64,000 nt of DNA from Schizosaccharomyces osmophilus. Its lineage: Eukaryota. Under the pieces are notes generated by a model. That model did not search any database and was not told the DNA's origin. It saw only the letters and a list, made by a program, of their open reading frames with translations. The DNA is taken from assembly GCF_027921745.1 (NCBI RefSeq), contig NC_079238.1, positions 3,968,001 through 4,032,000 of the forward strand, given 5' to 3'. Made by a program: the position numbers and the translations under genes. Every line of letters begins with the position of its first letter. The stretch's first letter is position 1. This document shows, piece after piece, positions 45,193-55,419 of this stretch.

Positions 45193-45672
45193 TGCTTTTT
45201 ACTAATTAATTTAAGTTGTTGTACCTTTCACAGCAAAGGTTCTTTGTTTCTTAGGGAAATCAAACTTTTTGGTGTTCAAGCACAGTTTTCTTTATAACGG
45301 AATCGAGGCTATAGGTACTATAATTTACTTTAATGAAATTCGCTGATTATAAAATTGTATAGTCAAGACAAACCGTAGTTAGTTTTTTGTTTTATATTGC
45401 TAGTTCATGAAGAGAAATTCCAGACTCTTCATCAGTGCTCACGCCTAACTATGGTCTGTCTCATCCAAAAAGTTAAGTATACTGGTATATTCGATATCCT
45501 GCTTAATACAATCTACTCAAAAAGCAATAGTTACTAAAAATTACATATTCAAATCAAATACCGAATGACTTTCTTACATGGGATCTACGATTATTGAACA
45601 AAGCAAGCTGTAAAAAAAATATGAAGACTAGATGGTCAAGGGCTTTTTATTCGCAAAGAACGGCGACTGAGT

Positions 45673-46065
45673 CTAGTAGAAGAAACCGAGGATCTTACCA
45701 CCAGTGTCCTTGGCACGAGCTTCGTTGTGAGACATGATACCACGGGAGGTGGTCAAGACAATGATACCGACTTGACGAGAGGGCAAGAGGTTGTTGACCC
45801 ACTTCTCAATATCCTTGATCTTGATGTTGAAGCGGGGAGAGATAACACCACACTTGTTGATACGACCGTTCAATTGGATAACAATCTTGCCAGAACGATG
45901 GTCATCAATCTCCTCGAATTCGTCAATGTAACCATGCTTTTGCATGACAGTCAAGAACTTGACAATGACCTTGGAAGAAGGACGGATAAGCACTTGACGA
46001 CGTCCACGACGCTCAGCGTTAACAATGTTGTTCAAACAGTCGGAGAGGACAGATTGACGAACCAT
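45673..46065 (-). CDS. rps22: 40S ribosomal protein uS8 (S22/S15a)
   Basis: [33 protein letters not shown]...GGKILGFFY, 130 aa, strongly biased codons. Confidence 0.98.
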   Translation of the reverse strand: MVRQSVLSDCLNNIVNAERRGRRQVLIRPSSKVIVKFLTVMQKHGYIDEFEEIDDHRSGKIVIQLNGRINKCGVISPRFNIKIKDIEKWVNNLLPSRQVGIIVLTTSRGIMSHNEARAKDTGGKILGFFY

Positions 46066-46136
46066 TCTTGCAAATTGCTTGGTATGGAGAAAGAAAGCTG
46101 TACGTCCAGAAGTCAAGAATTTCACACCTAAAAAAA

Positions 46137-46144
46137 CAGTCACG
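46137..46144. promoter_or_regulatory. Homol D box (CAGTCACG) of the ribosomal protein gene promoter
   Basis: Matches the fission-yeast RP-gene core element CAGTCAC(A/G), about 70 nt upstream of the rps22 ATG. Confidence 0.7.
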
Positions 46145-46759
46145 CGGTAAGGCCTGAGTTCGTGTATTCGAGCGAAATGTGATACAAAACTTACTGAAGT
46201 ATTAGGTCTCTGTTAAATTACTTTACAGCACTCTAGCGATGGCTTTTAATAAACATAAACAAAAAAACTAGGATTCTGCGACGAATTTTAATTTCAACTG
46301 AAAAATCCTTTACGTACAAAGAACAGATTTAAACATTAAAGAAAAATTTATTGGAGAGCCTATCGCTCCCTCAAGCATACAGAAGGATGCGGCAATTTTC
46401 GTGAACTTGACCTTCGCGCTTGATGCATTTGGTGTGAAAGGAACTTTTTAAGAGAAAGCTGCAATTTCATTTAGAAAGTCGTCTTTAAACTCTTCTAAAA
46501 CAAAGTAAAATCATTAGAAATGAACTGTTTATTGTTTACTCCTTAACGCGTAAGCCGGTAAACAAACGCTGTGACTCATTAAATGTTATTTTCTTTCAAT
46601 AGCAGAAATCATGCAGTCTCCATAATACCTGGCTTGAAAAGGCATCTTGTTAAAAGGCAGAAGAGTTTAGAAAACTAGAATATTGGAAAATAGAAAAGAC
46701 AAAACTTGAACCACCTTGGTAAGAAATCGTTCACCATCCTTGAACCCTAAAAAAGAAGT

Positions 46760-47089
46760 ATGCAATTTTGCCCAACCTGCGGAAATCATCTTGTGATAGC
46801 CATTGACGAAGAAGGCCGTAATGCTTTTGACTGTAAAACATGCCCCTACCAATTTCCTATTTCAGCTTTGCTTTATAGCAGACACGAGTTTCCACAAAAG
46901 AAAGTTGACGATGTGTTAGGAGGTGATGAAGCATTCGAATCGAACCAACAAACAGAAGTGGCATGTGATAATAGCAAATGTGATAATAATCGTGCTTACT
47001 TCTTCCAACTTCAAATTCGAAGTGCTGATGAGCCAATGAGTACGTTCTACCGTTGTACCAAGTGCAAGTTTCAATGGCGTGAAAATTAA
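46760..47089 (+). CDS. rpc11: RNA polymerase III subunit C11
   Basis: FCPTCGN..CKTCPY, VDDVLGG and QIRSADEPMSTFYRCTKC..WREN. Confidence 0.97.
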   Translation: MQFCPTCGNHLVIAIDEEGRNAFDCKTCPYQFPISALLYSRHEFPQKKVDDVLGGDEAFESNQQTEVACDNSKCDNNRAYFFQLQIRSADEPMSTFYRCTKCKFQWREN

Positions 47090-47440
47090 AAGGTTTCACA
47101 CTTCGGTTTTTATATAAAATATTTCTTGATATAGTGCTTGTTTCTGAACATATACGTGAAAGGAAAAGTGGATGTTTTCCTTTTTGTTTCCATGGATTGA
47201 TTTCTTTATATAATGAGTTTATAAAGTTTTAGACGCTCATCTTGAGTTAATAATAATAAAATCAAGGGTTTACGAGTTAAAAGGAATCATTCTATTTCAT
47301 TTCATCAAAACATGTTCTAGTAAATTAATCTCAAACCGTAATTATAAGGATCCGGATATTAACGAGTTCTAAAAATAAATGATACATGAAAAAAGCATTT
47401 TAAAGGATATAGTCTGTCAAGTACCATTCGTACATATCAA

Positions 47441-48754
47441 TTATAAGCGCTCCCACATTTGTAACTTCATTGTTATCGGTTCACCGGATTCGTCAGTACT
47501 CAAATGCTTCAGTCGGTTCTGCCCAGTCCACTGACGGATCTGAGATGATTTGGCCTGCAGCCATTCTTTGCTATATTCCAAGAAAGGAACACTGTGACTG
47601 ACGGTGTTTACCGGGGGTTTCATTTGAAATTTGTCTTTGGCACCTGTTACGGCAATTATGCGCTTCGTGCAACGGCACATCAAACCCAGAGTCAACAATC
47701 TTTTATCACCAATAACATAGACACGGCCGATGGAATTCTCCCTTGCTTTCAACATGTTTAATGCCTGTTTGAAGGTAGAAACATAGTGAACAGAATCATC
47801 AAAGGACTTGGGCTCCTGACCATCTGTGATTACAAGGGAAAATAACCTCTTCTTAAGAATCTCTTCATATTCATTAAACGTGTGAAGATTGCTTAAAACT
47901 ATGTTGACTCCATTCTTAGAGGTTCGGGATACGATTTTTGAAATAAGTTCCTTCTCCAAATGATTATTGTTACTTCCCAGATGGTTCATACTAGAGTACT
48001 GAGAGGAAGCTAGAGCATTGGGTTTTGGTGTAGGAATAATGAGAGATATTTTCTTTGAAACGACTGGCCAATCTCCGCGACCGAAGAAGTCAATAAAGTC
48101 AGCAGCGGCCTCAACATAAGCATTAGGAGATGGTATTTGATGAGCACCGGGGTGGAATAGCACTTGTGAATCCTCACAAATTTGGATTAAGGTAGTAGAA
48201 CTTTCGGTGGACAAGACGTTATCATACTTACCCAGGAAATGAAGAGTGGGCATTTTCAGTTTGATTTCATGAGTTTCTCCATCGATGGCTAGTGCACGAT
48301 AATAACCGCTAAAGAATATGCCAAATCGAAACTGCTTTTGACCAAAATATTCTTGGTATTTCGGGAGGGTAGCAAACATTGCAAGATTGGCAGCTAAATT
48401 TGAGCCTTGGGAGAAACCCATGATCCCGTCGAAAGGGCCATGCTTGCATATATAAGAAGCCAAGTGCCCGTATGAAAATTTTGGTTCTAAAGTTTGGGAA
48501 TCTCCATACTCGTCAATTCTCCACCATCCCCAGGTGGTAGAGGCTTCATCAAATGAGTCTTCAGAGTCCTCATCGGAGTAGCCAGCTTGACCTTTGTCAT
48601 TCGAGAGTTTGATGGGACCAGTAGGAAAATAAAATTCGACATCATTGACCAATTGTTCACGCAAAGCGCGCATCTTTACAGACAACAGATTGCCCGATTC
48701 GCCATAACCATGCAGGCAAAGGACTTTAAGTTTAGTTGAAGAATCTGAAGCCAT
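47441..48754 (-). CDS. fsh2: FSH1/OVCA2-family serine hydrolase with a C-terminal degenerate DHFR-like domain (SPAC22A12.06c-like)
   Basis: ATG at 48754. KVLCLHGY, GPFDGIMGFSQG (Ser), PTLHFLGKYD (Asp) and HPGAHQIP (His). The C-terminal ~200 aa has a DHFR-like motif order. Confidence 0.85.
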   Translation of the reverse strand: MASDSSTKLKVLCLHGYGESGNLLSVKMRALREQLVNDVEFYFPTGPIKLSNDKGQAGYSDEDSEDSFDEASTTWGWWRIDEYGDSQTLEPKFSYGHLASYICKHGPFDGIMGFSQGSNLAANLAMFATLPKYQEYFGQKQFRFGIFFSGYYRALAIDGETHEIKLKMPTLHFLGKYDNVLSTESSTTLIQICEDSQVLFHPGAHQIPSPNAYVEAAADFIDFFGRGDWPVVSKKISLIIPTPKPNALASSQYSSMNHLGSNNNHLEKELISKIVSRTSKNGVNIVLSNLHTFNEYEEILKKRLFSLVITDGQEPKSFDDSVHYVSTFKQALNMLKARENSIGRVYVIGDKRLLTLGLMCRCTKRIIAVTGAKDKFQMKPPVNTVSHSVPFLEYSKEWLQAKSSQIRQWTGQNRLKHLSTDESGEPITMKLQMWERL

Positions 48755-49043
48755 TATAATATTATCGTCTATTAAGAAGAAAAAGAGCGAAAGAAACACA
48801 GGTCAAAACAGTGTCTGAAACAGCAAACTTCAATCTCTAAGAAATGGGGAAAAAAAGAAGAAATCGTTTTTATAGCATTAAGTAAAATACATATAAATGC
48901 ATGGATGGTTCGATATTGCCCAACAACTTCGTGTATACACGAGCCCAATGCTTGGGCTCATCGTAGTTGGTGTTCTGGAAAATTTCGGTTGTTACTTGAC
49001 GGGTAAAGTAACACAATGCGGATTCTGAGCATACTTGCAGATC

Positions 49044-49054
49044 GTAAACAAACA
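49044..49054 (+). promoter_or_regulatory. FLEX (forkhead-type) element GTAAACAAACA, with a second core TGTTTAC at 49063-49069
   Basis: Exact motif about 290 nt upstream of the fsh2-like ATG. Confidence 0.45.
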
Positions 49055-49972
49055 AATCGCATTGTTTACGAAAATTGTAGGATATACTTTCACGAAAATA
49101 GGTACTTTTCTATGCAATAATGAATTGGAAAAATTGGTTTCGAATAGTTGAATAGTTACATGTCTTCAATTACTAGATAGCTTAAGACTTACTCTTTCAG
49201 TTTCTACTCTCAACATGCTTTATCAGGTACGGTGACGAAACCTTTCGATATTTATTCATCCTTCGTAAGATTTTTACTTACAAAGATACACACGGACGTT
49301 GCAGCATTCTATTGTTTGTACATCACGTTCTTTATTGCTTAAATCCCAATTCCCACGAACGAGTCATGTTACTTCTCCAGATATCCTAGATGATTGAGTC
49401 GAATTAAGCAAAAATATGTGTAAATAATTCCTTATATAAAAGAACTAAACGCTTCTGGAAATCGAACAGAAAACGAACAACATTACCTGTTAGTCTCGAG
49501 CAAATAGGTTGGTTGTATTAACTAGTCCATGAAATGTAGCATAATAGTTTCAAAACGATGCAGTACCTCCATTTGCATTCTTCTCTACAACCAACTATCT
49601 TACAGTGCTGAATGATTTAACGACATTGCCTACCCTTTTTACAGAAAGAAACAAAATAATATTACATTTACGAACATATGTAATTGTACCAAGTCAAAAA
49701 TTGGACAGAAAGAAGAAAAATAAAACTCATCCTCTTACCTATAGGTAGACGGTCCGTTTGTTTGTTTGCAAAAGATAGCCAAATTCTACATAAATATATA
49801 TAAGAATAGTTTTCCAGTAATCACTTTAATCTGCGGATTATAGAAAACGTACTTTTCATAGTAAAAATCGTAATTTCAGAATATAAGAGCTTTGTAACCA
49901 ATCTGTTACTTCAAAATTCTCTTTCAACTCGAGGGTTAAATTATCGTCATATCATCGAGCTTCGTCGCATAT

Positions 49973-52423
49973 TTACTGTGATGACTCATTGTGTGAAGTC
50001 TCTTCAGAAGACACAGAAGCGGATTCAGCCGATGCTGCTTTTTCAGCATTCTCTTTTGCTTCCATAGCGGCCTTTTCTTCAGCTGCAACCTTGTAGCCCA
50101 TCTCTACTTGCGCATCCCATACGGGATAATATACCCCAAGGTTTTCTTTTAAAGGAACGTCTGTATCAGCGTTTCCAGCAGGATCGTTATACACAAAAGG
50201 ATGGGGAGCGGCTCTCTCATAGTAAACAGGGCTGACTTTGTCAGAATTGTATTGGGATAAGGATTCCATATAGCTGTTGCATCTGAAATTCCAAGAACCT
50301 TTCAATTCAAGTGGCTGACATGATGATCGGGTCAAAGGAGTCATGAACGTAAAAGGGCTATAGAGGTAATAAACACCCACCATCAACACAATGAAGGCTG
50401 TTGTAATGAAAGAATAGATAGGACGGCGCTCCAGGACCACAACTCCAACGAATGACCAGCCCACACCAAGTGCCGCAATTCCAAAATACAAGGCTGGAAG
50501 ATAATGATACAAGAATACACGATCCGTTTCAAGAATATAAGGAGCCCAGTGAATTAACCAAGCGAGAGAAAATTTGCCAATATTGTATGAGTAATGGTAA
50601 ACATTAGGACCTCCATCTTTGTAACCCATATTCCATCTTGCAATGAAAAACAGCATTACCAACGCAAAGAAAAGAGTCAGAGACAACACACTGTACCAAA
50701 CAACGGGATTACCAAAGAAGTAAACCTGGAGACCCTGATCTGATAAAAATCTCAAAGGTCCTAACAAGAAAGGCCACGTCAAAGCATGACTTTCGAATTC
50801 ATGTCCATCTCCCATTTTTCGGTCCTTTAACCACATCAGCTTGTTTGCTTCTATGAATTTTTCAAAGAAACCCGGCTTTCTGTAAGTTATTTTTCTAGCA
50901 TCGGAAGGCATTGCATCGTGGAAATTTGATTCGATAACCCAAGTTGTACTTCGCTCGATACAATTTCTACAGCATGTAACCTCGCGATGGTCTTGCCCCC
51001 AATCAGGAAGACGGCGATGGGAAGTCATCAACTCGCAGTTAGTAAATACGTGTATCAATCTAAAATAAGTATTTAATGCCTCAACTGTGCCATTGGAGGA
51101 GGCATAACGAGAAGGACGGTCAAGTATTTGAACACGGTATAAATCATTTCCATCTCCTTCGAAACCAAAGCCACCGTAACCAGAAACTTCCAGCTGCCAA
51201 TCGTGATTACTCACAAGAGGTCTGTGATCGTGAGAATGCAAGGCTCTTCCTGTCATGATATGGCGAAGACGAACAATGCTGCCATCTTCCAACAATTCGA
51301 CATTTTCACGCTTGTTTTCATTAGGATTATCATGTTCGATGATCCAAAGAGCATTTTGATTAGGACGATCCGTCAATGAAATTATCTGTTGTTTAGTGCC
51401 TTCGGGATACACGAGTTCGTTCGAATGCAAATAACCGTGTTCAGGAATAGCATTACGAATTGTTACCAAAGAGCCGTACGCCACATCTGCATATTGCTCT
51501 TCAAACTTATTATTCTTTAATGCGTACTTATACTCAGGGGTCAAAAATGAATCGTAAGTACTAGACTTAACTGCTAATTCCGAATGAACAGTGAATATAG
51601 CGAGGTATGTAACCATGGGAATCCCTATAAGATAGAATACATAATTGAAACCATAACGAATGATACGGGTGATTGGCACACTGAGGTCACCAAGTAAATT
51701 CCAAAGATGGAATACCACTAAAGCTAATAACCATAAAAGTGTAAATACTCCTGAAAGCTTAGTGCTGATTACAAGGCCAAGACTAATACCGGTAGACAAA
51801 AGACTGAAGTGCCATTTTGTGGAAAAAGGGTGTTTTTGCTGGTTTTCATAGTACATCCAGCAGAAGGAGGTTAAACCCATAAAAAATAAGGTAGGAGTTT
51901 CAATCATAACATAGCGGCTCATTGTAATTAACCCGTTGTCGAAGATAGCAAAAACGGAAGCCATGAAAGCAGCGGATTTGGAGTTTGATGAAAGATACAC
52001 ATTACCATACATTAAAGGGATCAAAAGAGAGCCAAACCCAGCGACGATTAAACGAAGACTCCTCGCCGTTTCAATGGAAGGGAATTCCTGCCCTGTAGAA
52101 CCTACTCTTGTAAGATTAGGATCGGAATTAAAGAATGTTAGACCAAAACTAAGTAATAGCTTTCCAAGAGGAGGATAAACATCCAAAACAAATCTATTCG
52201 ATGCGTAATCAAGGGCATAATTTATGTATCTTAACTCTTCAAAAACCACCTTAGAAGGAATCATTAAGCGTTGAACTCGAATAGCGAATGCAACAACTGT
52301 GAGTAATATCACAATTCCAAAATCTCTAGATGTGAAGAACTTTCGAGGGCGAGAAAGCTCCACATCACGGACATTTCTTCTCTGCTTTTCGTTCTGCACA
52401 GCAGACGACGTCGACTTGCCCAT
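49973..52423 (-). CDS. ogm1: Protein O-mannosyltransferase Ogm1/Oma1
   Basis: PMT architecture: PPLGKL, MIR domains (YLHS, VRLRH..TGRALHSH, EVSGYG, FRLIH), GNPVVW and FLYHYLPALYF. Confidence 0.92.
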   Translation of the reverse strand: MGKSTSSAVQNEKQRRNVRDVELSRPRKFFTSRDFGIVILLTVVAFAIRVQRLMIPSKVVFEELRYINYALDYASNRFVLDVYPPLGKLLLSFGLTFFNSDPNLTRVGSTGQEFPSIETARSLRLIVAGFGSLLIPLMYGNVYLSSNSKSAAFMASVFAIFDNGLITMSRYVMIETPTLFFMGLTSFCWMYYENQQKHPFSTKWHFSLLSTGISLGLVISTKLSGVFTLLWLLALVVFHLWNLLGDLSVPITRIIRYGFNYVFYLIGIPMVTYLAIFTVHSELAVKSSTYDSFLTPEYKYALKNNKFEEQYADVAYGSLVTIRNAIPEHGYLHSNELVYPEGTKQQIISLTDRPNQNALWIIEHDNPNENKRENVELLEDGSIVRLRHIMTGRALHSHDHRPLVSNHDWQLEVSGYGGFGFEGDGNDLYRVQILDRPSRYASSNGTVEALNTYFRLIHVFTNCELMTSHRRLPDWGQDHREVTCCRNCIERSTTWVIESNFHDAMPSDARKITYRKPGFFEKFIEANKLMWLKDRKMGDGHEFESHALTWPFLLGPLRFLSDQGLQVYFFGNPVVWYSVLSLTLFFALVMLFFIARWNMGYKDGGPNVYHYSYNIGKFSLAWLIHWAPYILETDRVFLYHYLPALYFGIAALGVGWSFVGVVVLERRPIYSFITTAFIVLMVGVYYLYSPFTFMTPLTRSSCQPLELKGSWNFRCNSYMESLSQYNSDKVSPVYYERAAPHPFVYNDPAGNADTDVPLKENLGVYYPVWDAQVEMGYKVAAEEKAAMEAKENAEKAASAESASVSSEETSHNESSQ

Positions 52424-52855
52424 TTTTATTCAGTACAGTCTTACCAACGCTGTTACCAAAATTACGAATATTCTTTTTGTTATTTATGCTAAGAAAAAGA
52501 ACAAACGTGCCATATAATACACTATGACAAAGACTTTAGCAAGTAAGTGTTTGTAGTACAAAGCTTACAAGTTTGAGTAAAAGCGTTACTTCCTATGGAC
52601 CAAGTAACATTTGATTGATACTTACAAGTGGTCGTAAAAAATGCAGAGTACTGTTTCAATATTTGTAGAGATTCATTATATTCATTTGTCAAAGGCATAA
52701 CTAAAAATGGGGTAGACATTCGGATTCATATCAAATTCCCGGTTCATTTTATTCTAAGCCGATATAATTCCTTCTTATTTTAAATTTTAACAGACACAAA
52801 AAATTCCGCCTTCCTATACCCTTTATTTTTGCTTCCTGTCTAAGTCTCCAGGTAG

Positions 52856-54952
52856 CTATTTTTTTGCCGAATTCAATATACGGAATGTGTTGCGACTGAA
52901 AATATAGGAAGCCCCGGATGCAATTGTTGTGCATCCAACTAGATAACTAAACTTGTGTTAACAATGAGATTCCTTAAATATTTTAGTACAATAGTGATTT
53001 TCACTTACAATAGTGGGGTTTTGGCGATTTCAATGTCTATCGGTAGTATCGGCTCAGTAATTAAAAGACCAAGCAACATCAATTGAAAAGCAGTATTCCA
53101 CTAACTTCATTAGTAACAGAACAATAGATCCAAAATACCTTGCTAATTGTCGTAGGCCGTAATTCAGCAGTCGGAAGGCTAAAATCAAAATATTGCCTCA
53201 CAGTTTTTGGAGATGGGAGAGTTAGGTATCGGAGAAAGCTGACCATGGACACAAGCAAAACATCTCTTCCAATTATTAAACCAGCTAGTAGTGCTGCAAA
53301 AGTTAATAATGAAGCGGTAAAACAAAAACATACCAGGCATTGAGTTTTGATATGCCAAACAAAGTGTCAAACATGTCATTAATGTCTTGTCAGCAAGAGG
53401 GTCCAAAACCGTACCAGCAACGCTCCGCATGTGAAACTTTCTAGCAAGATAGCCATCCACCAAATCGGTAAATCCAGCATACATAAACAAACAAGCAGCT
53501 GCTTTCGCGTAGTTGTTCACATAAAGAAACGCAATTAGTGGAGATGAGAAAAGCCTTGACAGGGTCAGCATGTTAGGCAATGTAAATACATTCTCACGAA
53601 TGGGCAATTGAAAGCCCTTTATTTCATTACGTTTTTCAGCTGTGGTTGGTGGTTTCGAAGAATTGTGAAAACCACGAATACCACCCATTGTCTTATCCAA
53701 TTTTGAACCAGGCATGTGTCGGGAAAGGGCCCATCGCATGCCTTCCCAAACATTTTTGGCAACATGCTTGGCAGGGTATTTGGGGCTGTTATCCGCACCC
53801 TGGAATATACCAGTACGAACCAAGATGCTAGTCCACCCATAGTCGTTGGCTCCGCGAATATCGCTTTCGGGATTATCACCAACCATAAAGATTTCTTTGG
53901 GGAAATTGGGGATACTCAAAGCCTTTCGCTTTGCTTCAAGGATATTGGTAGCATAATCGTAAGTAACTTTATGGGGCTTCCCATACTTAGTAAATTTCAT
54001 TTGCTTTCCAGTAAGCTCATTATAAATTTTTTCACAACAAGAAGCAAATGCACCTTGACCCAAACGAGGAAGTGGGTACTCATTTGGCCAAACCAAATCG
54101 GCACTAAAATGTTAGTAAAATAAACATAACGTCCGAAACCATCACACTAGGAATCTTTGTAAGCTTACTTTGAAAAATATATATCAGGTCCCTCTTCATT
54201 TGTTTCAGATATAGTACCTAGAATACCGTTCTTCGATTGAGCCATTTCCATAACAAGTTGCAAATCAAGTCCAAATCTCACTGGATCAACATAGGTAAAC
54301 ACGGCCTCAATGGGTTGATTCAAGTCAAAGTCACGAGCTTTTTTCAAATCGCTTTCTGTAAAAGAGGTAAAGGGCCAAAATGGAGAACCACGCTTAGCAA
54401 TTACATCAAGTTCATTGATGACACTTGGAAAGCCATACATCTCAGCTGTCTTCCGTACGCTGTCGTCGCTTCCTCCGAGAACGAGTATATGTTTGTACTT
54501 ATCTTTGAGATTTTTGAATGGGGTGTGCGACTGACAAAAGTCGACTTCCTTCAAGCTAATCTGCAAAAGCTTGGACAAGCGCTCGGCTCGTGTTGTTTCA
54601 TGCATTCCACCTCCATTCGTGAGTAGAATGAACGGAATTTTGTGCTCCTGAAGATAACGTAAGCTAAAAGGTAAGCACAAATATTACAATGATCTTGGCA
54701 TTTATAAAATATGCATACGTCTTAGTTCCTTCTGTCAAGCCTTTCCCTCCTCGAATTAGGACACCATCAATACTTCAAGGCGTTAGCTTTCTATCAATCA
54801 ATGGATACAAAATGTAATTACTCAAATGCGAAGGCTACATCAGCCACTCGATTTCCAGCAGTCGGCGCTTCTGTTGTTAAACGTCGAATAGCATGATGTT
54901 TCGCTTGATGGGCAGCAGCCTGCCAGTATCTATGATTAATAGCACGAAACAT
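52856..54952 (-). CDS. crd1: Mitochondrial tandem protein: HAD-IIA hydrolase plus cardiolipin synthase; 7 exons (54952-54822, 54772-54719, 54663-54169, 54103-53334, 53293-53139, 53100-53009, 52950-52856)
   Basis: Presequence MFRAINHR...; HAD motifs FDIDGVL, LTNGGG, GKP and MVGDNPESDI. Then the CDP-alcohol phosphotransferase motifs TLPN.LTLSR and DLVDGYLARK...GTVLDPLADK, followed by GRDV and PTTISKWNT. Six introns were traced in frame. Confidence 0.92.
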
Positions 54953-55419
54953 AAGAAGCAGACGGCAATTTATCCAATAAAAAAATTATTTTTCCAGACG
55001 ATTTACTCCAAAATTTTTTCAAAGTATGGAAATGGATGCGTCTGAAAAGGCCGTTCACGGGTATACATCAATTTACATGTATGATACTTAGTGAACTCAT
55101 TCATATATGTCAGTTAGAAGTTCTGCTAGTAAAATAAGCAGAATAGTGGAAACAAAAAAAAACATTACTTTTTGAAAAAGATTCTATATAGGAACATTGT
55201 TAGGCCTTACTAGTTCAATCAAATGCATGCATACAACATATACCAGTATGCCTAAACCATACACGATAAACGAAAATAGTATAATCAAATTATTTACATA
55301 TACGATACAAAGAGAGCAGGAAATGAAGTGAATTGGTGAAAAGGAGTGGGTAGTAATATACAAGCAATCGCTAAGCAATCATAAACTAAAAATACATTAT
55401 ATAAATCCTTTTCTATAGA

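Noticed and set aside
45727..46131. 134-aa ORF antisense to rps22
   Set aside because: Typical antisense open frame of a strongly codon-biased ribosomal protein gene.
48837..49034. Possible 5'UTR intron of the fsh2-like gene (minus strand GTATGC...TTAG)
   Set aside because: There is no consensus branch site and the TSS is unknown, so support is insufficient.
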